A program made the position numbers and the translations under genes. The notes beneath the pieces are model-generated. The model worked only from the letters and a program-made list of their open reading frames with translations, was not told the DNA's origin and ran no database searches. Positions 38,213 to 47,492 of a stretch of 64,000 bases of DNA are shown here, in pieces. This DNA is from Gemmatimonadales bacterium (GTDB lineage Bacteria; Gemmatimonadota; Gemmatimonadetes; Gemmatimonadales; GWC2-71-9): assembly GCA_036558125.1 (NCBI GenBank), contig DATBGE010000026.1, positions 17,382-81,381 of the forward strand, written 5' to 3'. The number at the start of each line of letters is the position of its first letter. Within the stretch, counting starts at the first letter, position 1.

Positions 38213-39478
38213 TTACGTCGTATCCGCGGGGGAGGGAGCTGGAGCAGGGGCCGTTGCGCCGTGCACGACAGCCGTGGGAGGTAGCGGTGTTGCTGCGGCT
38301 TCCAACCGCGCCAGTGGCGCGTGTGCGGGCGCAGCAGTTGAGTCGGTCACCGTCAGGTGCTCGATCAGATTGCGAATGCCCTCGTAGTCGGCGGCGGCGG
38401 AAGCATCGTTGAACGAGATGGATTCATCCTTGCTGGTGTACTTCCCCTCTTCCTCGGTCAGGATCCCGAAGAGCCGATCGATCGCCCCGAGCAGGCTGTC
38501 GCTCCGCGCCACTTCCTCTTTCGCCTCACCCGCCGGTCCCTTCGCCTTCCAGTTGGTGAGAGCCCCAACCGGCCAGACACCGCTTGCCCCCAAACGCTCG
38601 GCAGAGTCCTGGTAGGTAATGTCAATCTGGGCGATGGCGAGTCGATACTGGGTCAGCATTGTACGCAGTGGCCCGATCGCCCGCCTGGTAAACCGAACGC
38701 TGTCGGCCGTGGCGAGCCGGGACGGTGTGAAGAGCTGGGTGAACGCCAGCTTGGCGATTCCCTGGTCCAGCGCCGTGATCTGACGATCACGCGCCAGGTC
38801 TCGCCGGATGGCCAGCTCTTCCGGTGTCGGAACCGGTGGTCCCACCCTGTGCACGGACTCGGCAGGCGACGCCGCCAGGGATTCCACCGTTGTCGGGGCG
38901 GCGCTGGGCGTCAGCGGAAGCGGATCCGGGTGAGTGGCCCCGATGTCGGGAGGTTTGGTCGCTTCGGGAATCGGTGGAGGAGACTTGGGGAACACAAGAA
39001 GGGCGATGAGAACCACCACTGCAACAATCCCCCCCGTCGCCACCATGAGCGGAGTGGTGCTCTTGCGCCGAAGCAGCAGTTCCCGTCCACTCCGAGATTC
39101 CATTTGAAGGACTGCGCCAGTCAGCGCGGTACCCTCAAGGGGAAGGTCTTCCAGCGAGCCAACCTCGGGTGCGGTCGTCGGTTCAGGGGCCGCGGGAAGA
39201 CCGTCTGCAAGGGCGGCGACGAGCTCCGGATCGGACGACGTCTCCGCCTCCGGCGCGGATGAGACGCTCTGGGTCGATTCTGGTTCTTCCAGCGCTATCG
39301 GGCGTTGCTCGAGGGCAGCCTGATAGTCCGGATGAGTCCGGATTGGCAGCCAGCTACGGGACTTTTTGTGGTAGATCTCGGCGTCCGGGGCAATGACACC
39401 GCTGGCGATGCCAAGGGAGAGCTCTTCAACGGAGCGGAATACAGCTTCTTCGCCATTCGAGAGGCGGATACGATACAT
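38213..39478 (-). CDS. GYF_2-like N-terminal domain / Pro-Ala-rich linker / single TM / C-terminal unknown domain protein
   Basis: MYRIRLSNGEEAVFRSVEELSLGIASGVI.PDAEIYHKKSRSWLPIRTHPDYQ resembles GYF_2 (DUF4339). TM segment LMVATGGIVAVVVLIALLVF. The C-terminal domain is shared with the neighbour. Confidence 0.6.
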   Translation of the reverse strand: MYRIRLSNGEEAVFRSVEELSLGIASGVIAPDAEIYHKKSRSWLPIRTHPDYQAALEQRPIALEEPESTQSVSSAPEAETSSDPELVAALADGLPAAPEPTTAPEVGSLEDLPLEGTALTGAVLQMESRSGRELLLRRKSTTPLMVATGGIVAVVVLIALLVFPKSPPPIPEATKPPDIGATHPDPLPLTPSAAPTTVESLAASPAESVHRVGPPVPTPEELAIRRDLARDRQITALDQGIAKLAFTQLFTPSRLATADSVRFTRRAIGPLRTMLTQYRLAIAQIDITYQDSAERLGASGVWPVGALTNWKAKGPAGEAKEEVARSDSLLGAIDRLFGILTEEEGKYTSKDESISFNDASAAADYEGIRNLIEHLTVTDSTAAPAHAPLARLEAAATPLPPTAVVHGATAPAPAPSPADTT

Positions 39479-39565
39479 GCGATCCCAAGGGCAAAACGCT
39501 GGTAACCTATGGTACCCTTGAGTATAGCGCCCAAAACCATGGGGGTCGAGGCGCGGAAAACGTTG

Positions 39566-40807
39566 CTACTTGGCGAGTGGTGGGGGCGGGTTGGTCAGGG
39601 CGTGGACCAAGTGGGGGACGGTGACCGCGGCCGAAGTTCCGGTCGAGTCGTGCCACACCTGGACGGTAGCCAGGAGACGACCCCGGACCCGGTTCCAAAT
39701 CGTGGCCGCCGTGGGGCTGGTAAAGGAGATCGAGCCTTCCTGCAGGGTATACCGCCCCTGCTGTGAAGTCAGCAACGAGTAAAGGCTGTCGCTGTCCTCC
39801 AGCATGTCCCGCACGGCCGCTCCTGCCTCGTAGCTCTCTCGTTGAGACAGCGTGGGAGGACGAGTCGCCCCGACCGTCTGTTCCAGCATGACCTCTCGCG
39901 CGCGGTAGGTGCTGACGATGTTCCCAGCCGCGGCGATGGACCGCCGGGTGATCCGCACGGCCTCTGCGCTCTTCAGGCGGACCGGAGCGAATACATGGTC
40001 AAAGCGGATGTAGTCCAGGGCGTCTTCCAGCTCGTCCCGCGCTTCGGCGTACCCGGTCTCGTACGAATCGAGCGTGGGGGCGGCAGCGAGCGTTTCCCGC
40101 TCTCGCCTCAGGGGATCACGCTTGGGAATCCCGGCGCGTTCCAGTTCCGCGGCTGCGCTGTCCGGAGTGACTACCTCGACCGGAGCTGCGGGCGCGGGCG
40201 CAGGGACGGGTCCGGGCGCGGCACTCCGAGGAGGCGTCATCCCCTCGTGCGCCTTCGGAGATACCGTCGCGACCAGCCGTTCGCCGTGCCTGACCAGATA
40301 GATCGTGAGTAAAATGCTTGCCCCGATCACGAGCACCAGGCCCAGATGCAATGCCAGCATCTCGCGCAGCTTGCGCGCCCGGGTCATGAACACGCTCGTC
40401 GGAAGTGGAGGCGGACCCGGCGGCGTTTCCTGGGACGACTCGTTGACCTCGCCAGTACTCGGCTTGGGTGGCTCGGTCGTGGCCGATACGGTGGTCGGAG
40501 CTGGTATCGGTGCGACTGGAGCAGGGGCCGGCACCGGAGCGGTGTCCAGAGGAATCGGTGCGAGGCTTATCGGCGGTTGGGTGACCGGCTCGGCAATGGG
40601 AGGACTCGGAGCCGGGCTCTCGGCGGGCGCCTGTTGCACCCGAGCGGCTTGAAAGTCTGGATGCGATTCCATCTGCATCCAGCGATTGGCATCCGGAAGG
40701 TAGACTTCAGCCGTGGGCCCAACAACGCCCGACTGAACCGCGAGCGTCAGTTCCTCAACGGTCCTGAAGACGGCCTGTTCGCCTGAGGGTAATCGTATTC
40801 GGTACAT
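39566..40807 (-). CDS. paralogous GYF_2-like / Pro-Ala-rich / TM / unknown C-terminal domain protein
   Basis: Start set at MYRIRLPSGEQAVFRTVEELTLAVQSGVV (the ORF extends to 40867). Same architecture as 38213..39478. Shared C-terminal motifs F.P.RL..A..VR.TRR.I and G.YT....SISF. Confidence 0.6.
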   Translation of the reverse strand: MYRIRLPSGEQAVFRTVEELTLAVQSGVVGPTAEVYLPDANRWMQMESHPDFQAARVQQAPAESPAPSPPIAEPVTQPPISLAPIPLDTAPVPAPAPVAPIPAPTTVSATTEPPKPSTGEVNESSQETPPGPPPLPTSVFMTRARKLREMLALHLGLVLVIGASILLTIYLVRHGERLVATVSPKAHEGMTPPRSAAPGPVPAPAPAAPVEVVTPDSAAAELERAGIPKRDPLRRERETLAAAPTLDSYETGYAEARDELEDALDYIRFDHVFAPVRLKSAEAVRITRRSIAAAGNIVSTYRAREVMLEQTVGATRPPTLSQRESYEAGAAVRDMLEDSDSLYSLLTSQQGRYTLQEGSISFTSPTAATIWNRVRGRLLATVQVWHDSTGTSAAVTVPHLVHALTNPPPPLAK

Positions 40808-40905
40808 TTCTCCGCCGGTTTCGTGGGTCTGAACCCTGAATACGTTCCACGTATCCTGCCGTCCCACCCGCCCACATCGGAACGCATCACTACCCCGGGG
40901 ATATC

Positions 40906-42591
40906 ATGACTGCTCTGCCTATCGCCGAGTCGGCCGTTGGAAATCCGTTATCCAGGCGCACTTTCGTGCGGGCCGCAATCGGGGTCAGCATCACCTCGTT
41001 AGCCAATTCCGTGCCCGCCCCCCTTCACGCGTCACCCCGGGAGGACGGACCTCGGCTAAGTTACGATGGAGTCGAGCTTGAGGAGGTCTCAGTTAAACAA
41101 CTACTTGAGGGGATGGAGACCGGTAAATGGACTGCCCGGAGCATTGCCGAGGCCTACCTCGGGCGGATTGAAGCGGTAGACCGCAAGGGGCCGAATCTCG
41201 GCGCGATCATGGAAACGAACAAACAGGCGCTCGAGATCGCGGATGCACTGGACCGGGAACGGAAGGAGCGCGGGCCACGGGGACCGATGCACGGTATCCC
41301 GGTCCTCCTCAAGGACAACATCAATACGGGAGATAGTCAGCAGACCACGGCCGGTTCACTCGCCCTCGAAGGATCCCATGCACCGAATGACGCATTTCTC
41401 GTGGAGCGCCTTCGGGCGGCAGGTGCAGTGATCCTGGGGAAAACCAACATGAGCGAGTGGGCAAATTTCCGGTCCAACCATTCGACCAGCGGGTGGAGCA
41501 GCAGAGGAGGGCAGTGTCGCAACCCTTACGCGCTGGACCGTAATCCCTGCGGCTCAAGCTCTGGCTCCGGTGCGGCAATTTCGGGGAACCTGGGCGCGGT
41601 GGCAGTCGGGACTGAAACCGATGGCTCCATTGTCTGCCCGGCCTCAGCCAACGGCCTGGTCGGCATCAAACCGACGGTGGGATTGGTGAGCCGCACTGGA
41701 GTCATCCCCATTTCAGCCACTCAGGATACGGCCGGTCCCTTGGCACGGTCGGTCGCAGACGCGGCCCTGCTCCTCGGCGCCCTGACCGGCGTGGATCCGG
41801 CGGACGGAGCGACTGCCGCCAGTTCGAGCCAGGTCGGGACCGACTACACCCAGTTTCTGAAGCCCGATGGGCTCAAGGGTTCCCGGATCGGGGTGCCGCG
41901 CAAACTGTTCTTCGGCTATCACTCCGGTACCGACGCTGTGATCGAAGAGGCGATTCGCGAGATGGCGCGCCAGGGGGCTACCATCGTCGATCCTTGCGAT
42001 ATTCCCCACGCAGGGGAGTACGACGCCGCCGAATTCGAAGTGCTGCTTTACGAATTCAAGGCCGGCCTGAACGCGTACCTCGCGACACTGGGCCCTGCTG
42101 CCCCAGTACATACTCTTGCCGAAGTGATCGCCTACAACGAGAAGGAAAAAGCCCGGGTTCTCCCATTCTTTGGGCAGGAAACGATGATCCAGGCAGAGGG
42201 GAAAGGTCCGCTCACCGAGAAGGCCTATAAAGACGCGCTCGCCAAGTGCAGGAAGCTCTCTCGTAATTCTGGCCTGGACGCGATCTTCGCCAAACACACC
42301 CTGGATGCCCTTGCCGCACCGACGGGCCATCCCGCGTGGCCTACTGATCTCGTCAACGGCGACCATTTCCTCGGTGCCAGCTCGACGCCGGCCGCGGTCT
42401 CCGGCTATCCCAGTATCAGTGTTCCGGCTGGATACCTGTTCGGCCTTCCGGTCGGCCTTTCGCTGATCGGCAAGCCCTGGCAGGAAGGAACCCTGATCAA
42501 GATGGCGTATGCCTACGAGCAGGCGACCAAGCAGCGGCGCGCTCCGAGCTTTCTGCCTTCGGTGGACCTGAGCGCGGGAGCTCCCGGGTGA
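40906..42591 (+). CDS. amidase-signature family amidase with Tat-like signal
   Basis: SRRTFVRAAIG twin-arginine-like N-terminus. LLKDNINT and GSSSGSGAAI motifs of the amidase signature family. Confidence 0.85.
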   Translation: MTALPIAESAVGNPLSRRTFVRAAIGVSITSLANSVPAPLHASPREDGPRLSYDGVELEEVSVKQLLEGMETGKWTARSIAEAYLGRIEAVDRKGPNLGAIMETNKQALEIADALDRERKERGPRGPMHGIPVLLKDNINTGDSQQTTAGSLALEGSHAPNDAFLVERLRAAGAVILGKTNMSEWANFRSNHSTSGWSSRGGQCRNPYALDRNPCGSSSGSGAAISGNLGAVAVGTETDGSIVCPASANGLVGIKPTVGLVSRTGVIPISATQDTAGPLARSVADAALLLGALTGVDPADGATAASSSQVGTDYTQFLKPDGLKGSRIGVPRKLFFGYHSGTDAVIEEAIREMARQGATIVDPCDIPHAGEYDAAEFEVLLYEFKAGLNAYLATLGPAAPVHTLAEVIAYNEKEKARVLPFFGQETMIQAEGKGPLTEKAYKDALAKCRKLSRNSGLDAIFAKHTLDALAAPTGHPAWPTDLVNGDHFLGASSTPAAVSGYPSISVPAGYLFGLPVGLSLIGKPWQEGTLIKMAYAYEQATKQRRAPSFLPSVDLSAGAPG

Positions 42592-43778
42592 GTCGTCGTT
42601 TTGCGGCCTGGCTGGCGCTGGCAGCCAACGGAACCGTGAGAGCGGCGGCGGTCGCAGCGCAGGAGCCCGCCGACACACTCCCGAGAGCTTCGGTTGACAG
42701 CACCGCCGAGACCACGGTAGACCGCACAGCGGATTCCCTGCTGACTCCGCAGCGATACAAGAACAAGATCTTCGGGCTTCCGTTCGTCGGTTACAGCCCG
42801 ACGACCAAGTTCATTTTCGGCGCTGGCGGGGCGTTCCAGTTCAAGTCCGGCCAGAGCGCTTACGACACAGCGACGAGAGCCTCCAACGTCTCGGCGGGAT
42901 TTTCGATTACGACCGCGGGGCAATGGGGGATCACCCTTTCCAACGATTACTTCACGCTCGGCAACCGCTGGTGGTACAGCGGAAAAGTCCAAGCCGGCTT
43001 TGCGCCGACGGATTTCTATGGTGTGGGTCCGTTCACCGACCCGCATGACGCCAATCGAATGGACCAGATGGTGGTCCGCCTCGAAGGGAAAGTGCTCCGT
43101 CGGCTTTCCAGAACGGTTTTCTTTGGCCCGTACTATCGGCTCCACGCGGCCTGGAATGTCGATTTCCATGATCCGGTCCTGGTCCCGAGCGGGCTTCACG
43201 GCCGAGATGGCTCGACCAGTTCCGGTCTTGGCCTGACTGCCCTGACCGATTCCCGAAATTCGATTCTCACACCGACCTCCGGGCACTTCGTCGTTCTGGA
43301 TGCACTCGCCAACCTGCAGACCCTGGGGAGCGAGTACGACTATCCCTACCTGTTATTCGACGCCCGCCAGTACGTGCCGCTTGATAAGAGCAGGAATCAC
43401 GTGCTGGCCCTGAACCTGTACGGGCAGTTCAACGGCCCCAATGTTCCGCTCCAGACTATGGCGCAAATCAGCAGCTTCACGACCCAGCAGGTCATGCGAG
43501 GAGTGTATTTTGGCCGTTTTCGCGACCGGCATGACCTGATCGCCCAGGTGGATTATCGGGTGCATGTGTGGAAGCGCTTCGGCGCTGTAGTGTACGGAGC
43601 AGCGGGGAATGTGTTTGGCAGCAACGGGGCCCAATTGGATGATCATATGAAATACACCTACGGCGGAGGTATTCGATTCAACCTCAACCCGCGCGATCCG
43701 ATTAACCTGCGGCTGGACTACACTTTGACCAGTTTCGGCGAAAAGGGTCTGAGCATCGGAGCCGGGGAGGCCTTCTAG
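42588..43778 (+). CDS. Omp85/bacterial surface antigen (D15) family beta-barrel without POTRA domains
   Basis: GTGA overlap with the amidase. Signal peptide, DSRNSILTPTSG, MRGVYFGRFRD and GGGIRFNL motifs. Ends ...SIGAGEAF with a terminal Phe. Confidence 0.75.
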   Translation: MSRRFAAWLALAANGTVRAAAVAAQEPADTLPRASVDSTAETTVDRTADSLLTPQRYKNKIFGLPFVGYSPTTKFIFGAGGAFQFKSGQSAYDTATRASNVSAGFSITTAGQWGITLSNDYFTLGNRWWYSGKVQAGFAPTDFYGVGPFTDPHDANRMDQMVVRLEGKVLRRLSRTVFFGPYYRLHAAWNVDFHDPVLVPSGLHGRDGSTSSGLGLTALTDSRNSILTPTSGHFVVLDALANLQTLGSEYDYPYLLFDARQYVPLDKSRNHVLALNLYGQFNGPNVPLQTMAQISSFTTQQVMRGVYFGRFRDRHDLIAQVDYRVHVWKRFGAVVYGAAGNVFGSNGAQLDDHMKYTYGGGIRFNLNPRDPINLRLDYTLTSFGEKGLSIGAGEAF

Positions 43779-43852
43779 GGGGTGGCACCCGGCCCGTCCC
43801 GCTAGGTAAATTGAAGCGCCGTGTTTAAGTGGCTTCACTTCAAGGACATACG

Positions 43853-45049
43853 ATGCCGGCCTCGGTCCAGCTCGCCCAACTTCGCGATCCCGCTCTGGTT
43901 CCGGTGGGAGAGAAGCTCCTGCACGGCCTCCGGCTCGATCGTGCTGACGCACTGGCGCTCTACGAAACAGCCGATCTGCTGGGGCTGGGGACTCTCGCGG
44001 CCTACGCCAACGAGCTCAAGAACAGCGACCGGGTCTTTTTCTCCGCCAATCAGCACCTCAACCCCACCAACGTCTGCGTCCTCCGGAACACCTGCACTTT
44101 CTGCTCCTTCGCGCGGATGCCGCGTGAGGACGGAGCCTACACCCGCTCGCTGGAAGAGGTGTTTGCCGAGGCCGATCAGGCGCACGGCACGCCGACTCGG
44201 GAGTTTCACATCGTCGGTGGGCTGCACCCGAAGCTCAAGCTGAGCTACTACACCGACATGATTCGGGGACTCAAGCAGCGGCATCCGTCGGTTCATATCA
44301 AGGCGCTCACGGCCGTCGAGATCGCTCACTTGGCGCGAATTGAGAAAATCTCCGAGCGCGAGGTCCTCAGCGCGATGCTGGAAGCGGGATTGACCAGTCT
44401 TCCTGGAGGCGGGGCAGAGGTCTTCAGCACCGCGGTTCGCGCCACGATCGCCGAGCGTAAGCTCACCGGGCAGGAGTGGCTTCGGGTACACCGCGTCGCT
44501 CACGAGCTGGGCATCCCGACCAACTGCACCATGCTCTACGGCCACGTTGAGACGGCTGCGGACCGGGTGGAGCACCTTGAAGCCTTGCGCGGGCTCCAGG
44601 ACGACACCGGCGGGTTCCTCACCTTCATTCCGCTGGCCTATCACCCCGACCACAACGAGTTGGGCGAGGAGTTGGGCAGGGTAGGGACCGCGACGACCGG
44701 TTATCAGGACCTGAAGAACATCGCCGTCGCGCGACTCTTCCTCGACAACATCCCGCACGTGAAGACCCACTGGCCCATGGTCACTCCCTTCCTGTCGCAG
44801 CTGGCACTCAGCTTCGGCTGCGACGATGTCGAGGGCACCGTGGTTTATGAGCGGATCTACCACGAGGCCGGCGCCCAGACCCAGATGCACATGCCATATA
44901 TCGAGTTGGTGCGGCTGATTCGGGGCGCCGGCAAGCGTCCGGTCGAGCGGGACAGTCTCTACCAGCCGGTGCGGGAGAGCTTCGACGAGCCCCCACCCGA
45001 TCGTCCACTCGGGTTTGGCGCCAGCGCACCCGTGGTGCACGCCGCATGA
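43853..45049 (+). CDS. mqnE: radical SAM enzyme of the futalosine menaquinone pathway (MqnE-like; subtype tentative)
   Basis: NQHLNPTNVCVLRNTCTFCSFAR cluster region. The CofH/MqnC/MqnE-like C-terminus sits next to mqnA. AAGGA lies 7 nt before the ATG at 43853 (the ORF also opens at GTG 43829). Confidence 0.7.
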   Translation: MPASVQLAQLRDPALVPVGEKLLHGLRLDRADALALYETADLLGLGTLAAYANELKNSDRVFFSANQHLNPTNVCVLRNTCTFCSFARMPREDGAYTRSLEEVFAEADQAHGTPTREFHIVGGLHPKLKLSYYTDMIRGLKQRHPSVHIKALTAVEIAHLARIEKISEREVLSAMLEAGLTSLPGGGAEVFSTAVRATIAERKLTGQEWLRVHRVAHELGIPTNCTMLYGHVETAADRVEHLEALRGLQDDTGGFLTFIPLAYHPDHNELGEELGRVGTATTGYQDLKNIAVARLFLDNIPHVKTHWPMVTPFLSQLALSFGCDDVEGTVVYERIYHEAGAQTQMHMPYIELVRLIRGAGKRPVERDSLYQPVRESFDEPPPDRPLGFGASAPVVHAA

Positions 45050-45885
45050 CGACTGCTCCGTCGCTTCGCCTGGGCAGGATCCCCTGGATCAACTGCTATC
45101 CGATCTATGGCGCGATTGACCGCGGCCTCGAGGGGATTCCGGCTGCCTGCGTAACCGGTACGGCCTCCGAGTTGAACGACCTCCTGGCCGCCGGAGAACT
45201 CGATGTGAGTGTCGTATCAGCGGTCGAATACGCTCGCAACGCTGCCGCATACCAGCTGCTTCCCGATCTCGCCATCTCCTGCGACGGGCCGGTGCACAGC
45301 GTGGCGTTGTTCTCCCGCAGGCCGGTCAAGGAGCTGGATGGAAGGACGATTCTCCTGTCCGCGTCATCCCGGACCAGTGTCCTGCTCCTGGAGCTGTTCT
45401 GCCGTCATCGCTGGGGGATCAGACCCCACTTCGCGACGGCGCGGGCGGAAGCGGGTGATCTCGAGTCCCTGCAGGGTTTGCCCCATGACGCGGTGCTCGT
45501 CATCGGCGATGCCGCTCTTATGCTCGGCGCCCGTCACGGTTACCCGGAAAAGGTAGATCTGGGGTCGGAATGGAAAGCCTGGACCGGGCTTCCGTTTGTG
45601 TTCGCGGTGTGGGCGGCACGCCGCGACGCGCCGCTGGATCGGATCCAGCAGGTTCACGCCGGGCTGATCCGTTCTCGAGAGTGGGGGCTGGCCCATCTCG
45701 ACGAGCTGGCTCGCGACGCGGCACGTTCCAGCGGAGTCGCGGAGCAGGTATGCCGCGACTATCTGGACGACCTCGATTACGCCCTTTCCTACCGCCACCT
45801 GGCGGGGCTGACCGATTTCTTCCGCCGTCTGGCCCAGGATGGCCTGGTGCCGGACGGGTCTCTCTCCTTCATCACGGCGGCCTGA
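45046..45885 (+). CDS. mqnA: chorismate dehydratase (futalosine pathway)
   Basis: ATGA overlap with the upstream gene. N-terminal LRLGRIPWINCYPIYG matches the MqnA pattern rather than the MqnD SPCPND pattern. Confidence 0.75.
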   Translation: MTTAPSLRLGRIPWINCYPIYGAIDRGLEGIPAACVTGTASELNDLLAAGELDVSVVSAVEYARNAAAYQLLPDLAISCDGPVHSVALFSRRPVKELDGRTILLSASSRTSVLLLELFCRHRWGIRPHFATARAEAGDLESLQGLPHDAVLVIGDAALMLGARHGYPEKVDLGSEWKAWTGLPFVFAVWAARRDAPLDRIQQVHAGLIRSREWGLAHLDELARDAARSSGVAEQVCRDYLDDLDYALSYRHLAGLTDFFRRLAQDGLVPDGSLSFITAA

Positions 45886-45889
45886 AGCC

Positions 45890-46945
45890 ATGACGATGGT
45901 TGACCGCGATTCCAGCGAATTCAGAGAGTATCTCGAGCTGTATGAGAGAGCCGATCTGCTCGAGCTGGGCCGCCTGGCGGACGCGGAGCGCTGGCGGCAC
46001 CATCCGGAGAACACGGTCACCTACATCATCGACCGCAATATCAATTACACCAACGTCTGCGTCGCCGATTGCAAATTCTGCGCGTTCTACCGTCGGCCCA
46101 AGCACAACGAAGGCTACGTGCTGAGCTTCGAGCAGATCGGCGCGAAGGTAGACGAATGCAAGGCCATTGGCGGAGTACAGATCCTGCTTCAGGGCGGGCA
46201 TAACCCCTACATCCCGTTCGAGTGGTATCTGGACCTCATGCGGTACATCAAGCAGCACCATCCGATCCACATCCACGGGTTCTCGCCCAGTGAAGTGGTG
46301 TTCTTCAGCGAGCGGTTCCGCCTGCCGGTGTCAGACGTGGTTCGCCAGCTCCGCGAGGCGGGACTCGATTCGATTCCGGGTGGTGGCGGCGAGATCCTGG
46401 TCGATACCGTACGCGAACGGGTTGCCAGGAAGAAGGCCCAGACCGAGGAGTGGCTTGGGGTCCAGGAAGAAGCCCATCGGCAGGGGATGAAGACCTCGGT
46501 CACCATGATGTACGGCCTCGGTGAGAGTAACGCCGACCGCATCGAGCATCTCTTGCGGGTCCGGGACCTTCAGGCGCGTACCGGCGGATTCACCGCCTTC
46601 ATCTGCTGGCCGCTGCAACCCGATGGTACCGACATGGCCGATCAGCCCAAGACCGACGCGGTGACCTACCTGCGCACGCTGGCGATGGGGCGGATCATCT
46701 GTGACAACGTGCCCAACCTGCAGTCCTCCTGGGTAACCATGGGGCACAAGGTGGGACAGGTAGCGCTGCGCTTCGGCGCCAACGACTACGGCAGCCTCAT
46801 GATGGAAGAGAACGTCGTCTCCTCCGCCGGGACGACCTATCGGACGACAGTGCAGGAAATGGAACGGATCATCCGGGATGCCGGGTTCACGGCCCGCCGC
46901 CGGCGGCAGGACTATTCCATCGTCGAGGAGATGGTGGCGGCGTGA
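45890..46945 (+). CDS. mqnC: radical SAM enzyme of the futalosine pathway (MqnC-like; subtype tentative)
   Basis: IIDRNINYTNVCVADCKFCAFYR CxxxCxxC motif and GANDYGSLMMEENV. Start set just after the mqnA stop. Confidence 0.7.
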   Translation: MTMVDRDSSEFREYLELYERADLLELGRLADAERWRHHPENTVTYIIDRNINYTNVCVADCKFCAFYRRPKHNEGYVLSFEQIGAKVDECKAIGGVQILLQGGHNPYIPFEWYLDLMRYIKQHHPIHIHGFSPSEVVFFSERFRLPVSDVVRQLREAGLDSIPGGGGEILVDTVRERVARKKAQTEEWLGVQEEAHRQGMKTSVTMMYGLGESNADRIEHLLRVRDLQARTGGFTAFICWPLQPDGTDMADQPKTDAVTYLRTLAMGRIICDNVPNLQSSWVTMGHKVGQVALRFGANDYGSLMMEENVVSSAGTTYRTTVQEMERIIRDAGFTARRRRQDYSIVEEMVAA

Positions 46946-47418
46946 TCCGGGTGGGGATCGGGTATGACTCGCATCGCCTGGTGCCGGGCAGGCTCCTCAT
47001 CCTCGGCGGACAGCGGATCCCCTCCGAACTGGGCCTCGAAGGTCATTCCGACGCCGACGCGGTGGCTCACGCGCTCACCGACGCCATCCTGGGTGCCGCG
47101 GCTTCCGGCGACATCGGCAAACTCTTTCCCGACAGTCATCCTCAGTGGAAGGACGCCGATTCGATCGGATTGCTTCGCACAGCCTGTGAAATGGTCCGGG
47201 GACGCGGTTTCCGCCCGGTCCAGGCCGATATCACGGTGATCGCCGAGCAACCCAGGATCGGACCGCACGTAGCGGCGATGATCACCAATTTGAGCGCGGC
47301 CACCGGCATCGCCCCTTCGGCCCTCTCGATCAAAGGGAAGACCAACGAAGGGATGGGATTCATCGGGCGTGGCGAGGGCGTCGCCGTCATTGCGGTGGCG
47401 ACGGTGGAGGCGTTCTGA
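46942..47418 (+). CDS. ispF: 2-C-methyl-D-erythritol 2,4-cyclodiphosphate synthase
   Basis: IRVGIGYDSHRL...GHSDADAVAHALTDAILGA motif. GTGA overlap with the preceding gene. Confidence 0.93.
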   Translation: MIRVGIGYDSHRLVPGRLLILGGQRIPSELGLEGHSDADAVAHALTDAILGAAASGDIGKLFPDSHPQWKDADSIGLLRTACEMVRGRGFRPVQADITVIAEQPRIGPHVAAMITNLSAATGIAPSALSIKGKTNEGMGFIGRGEGVAVIAVATVEAF

Positions 47419-47492
47419 TCGAGCAGTTCCTGCAAAGTCTGACCGAGCTGTCCCCGCTGGCGGTCTACTCCATCATCGCCCTCGCGGCGTTC

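Noticed and set aside
43835-45040. 401-aa minus-strand ORF
   Set aside because: It is antisense to the MqnE-like radical SAM gene, so it is a shadow frame.
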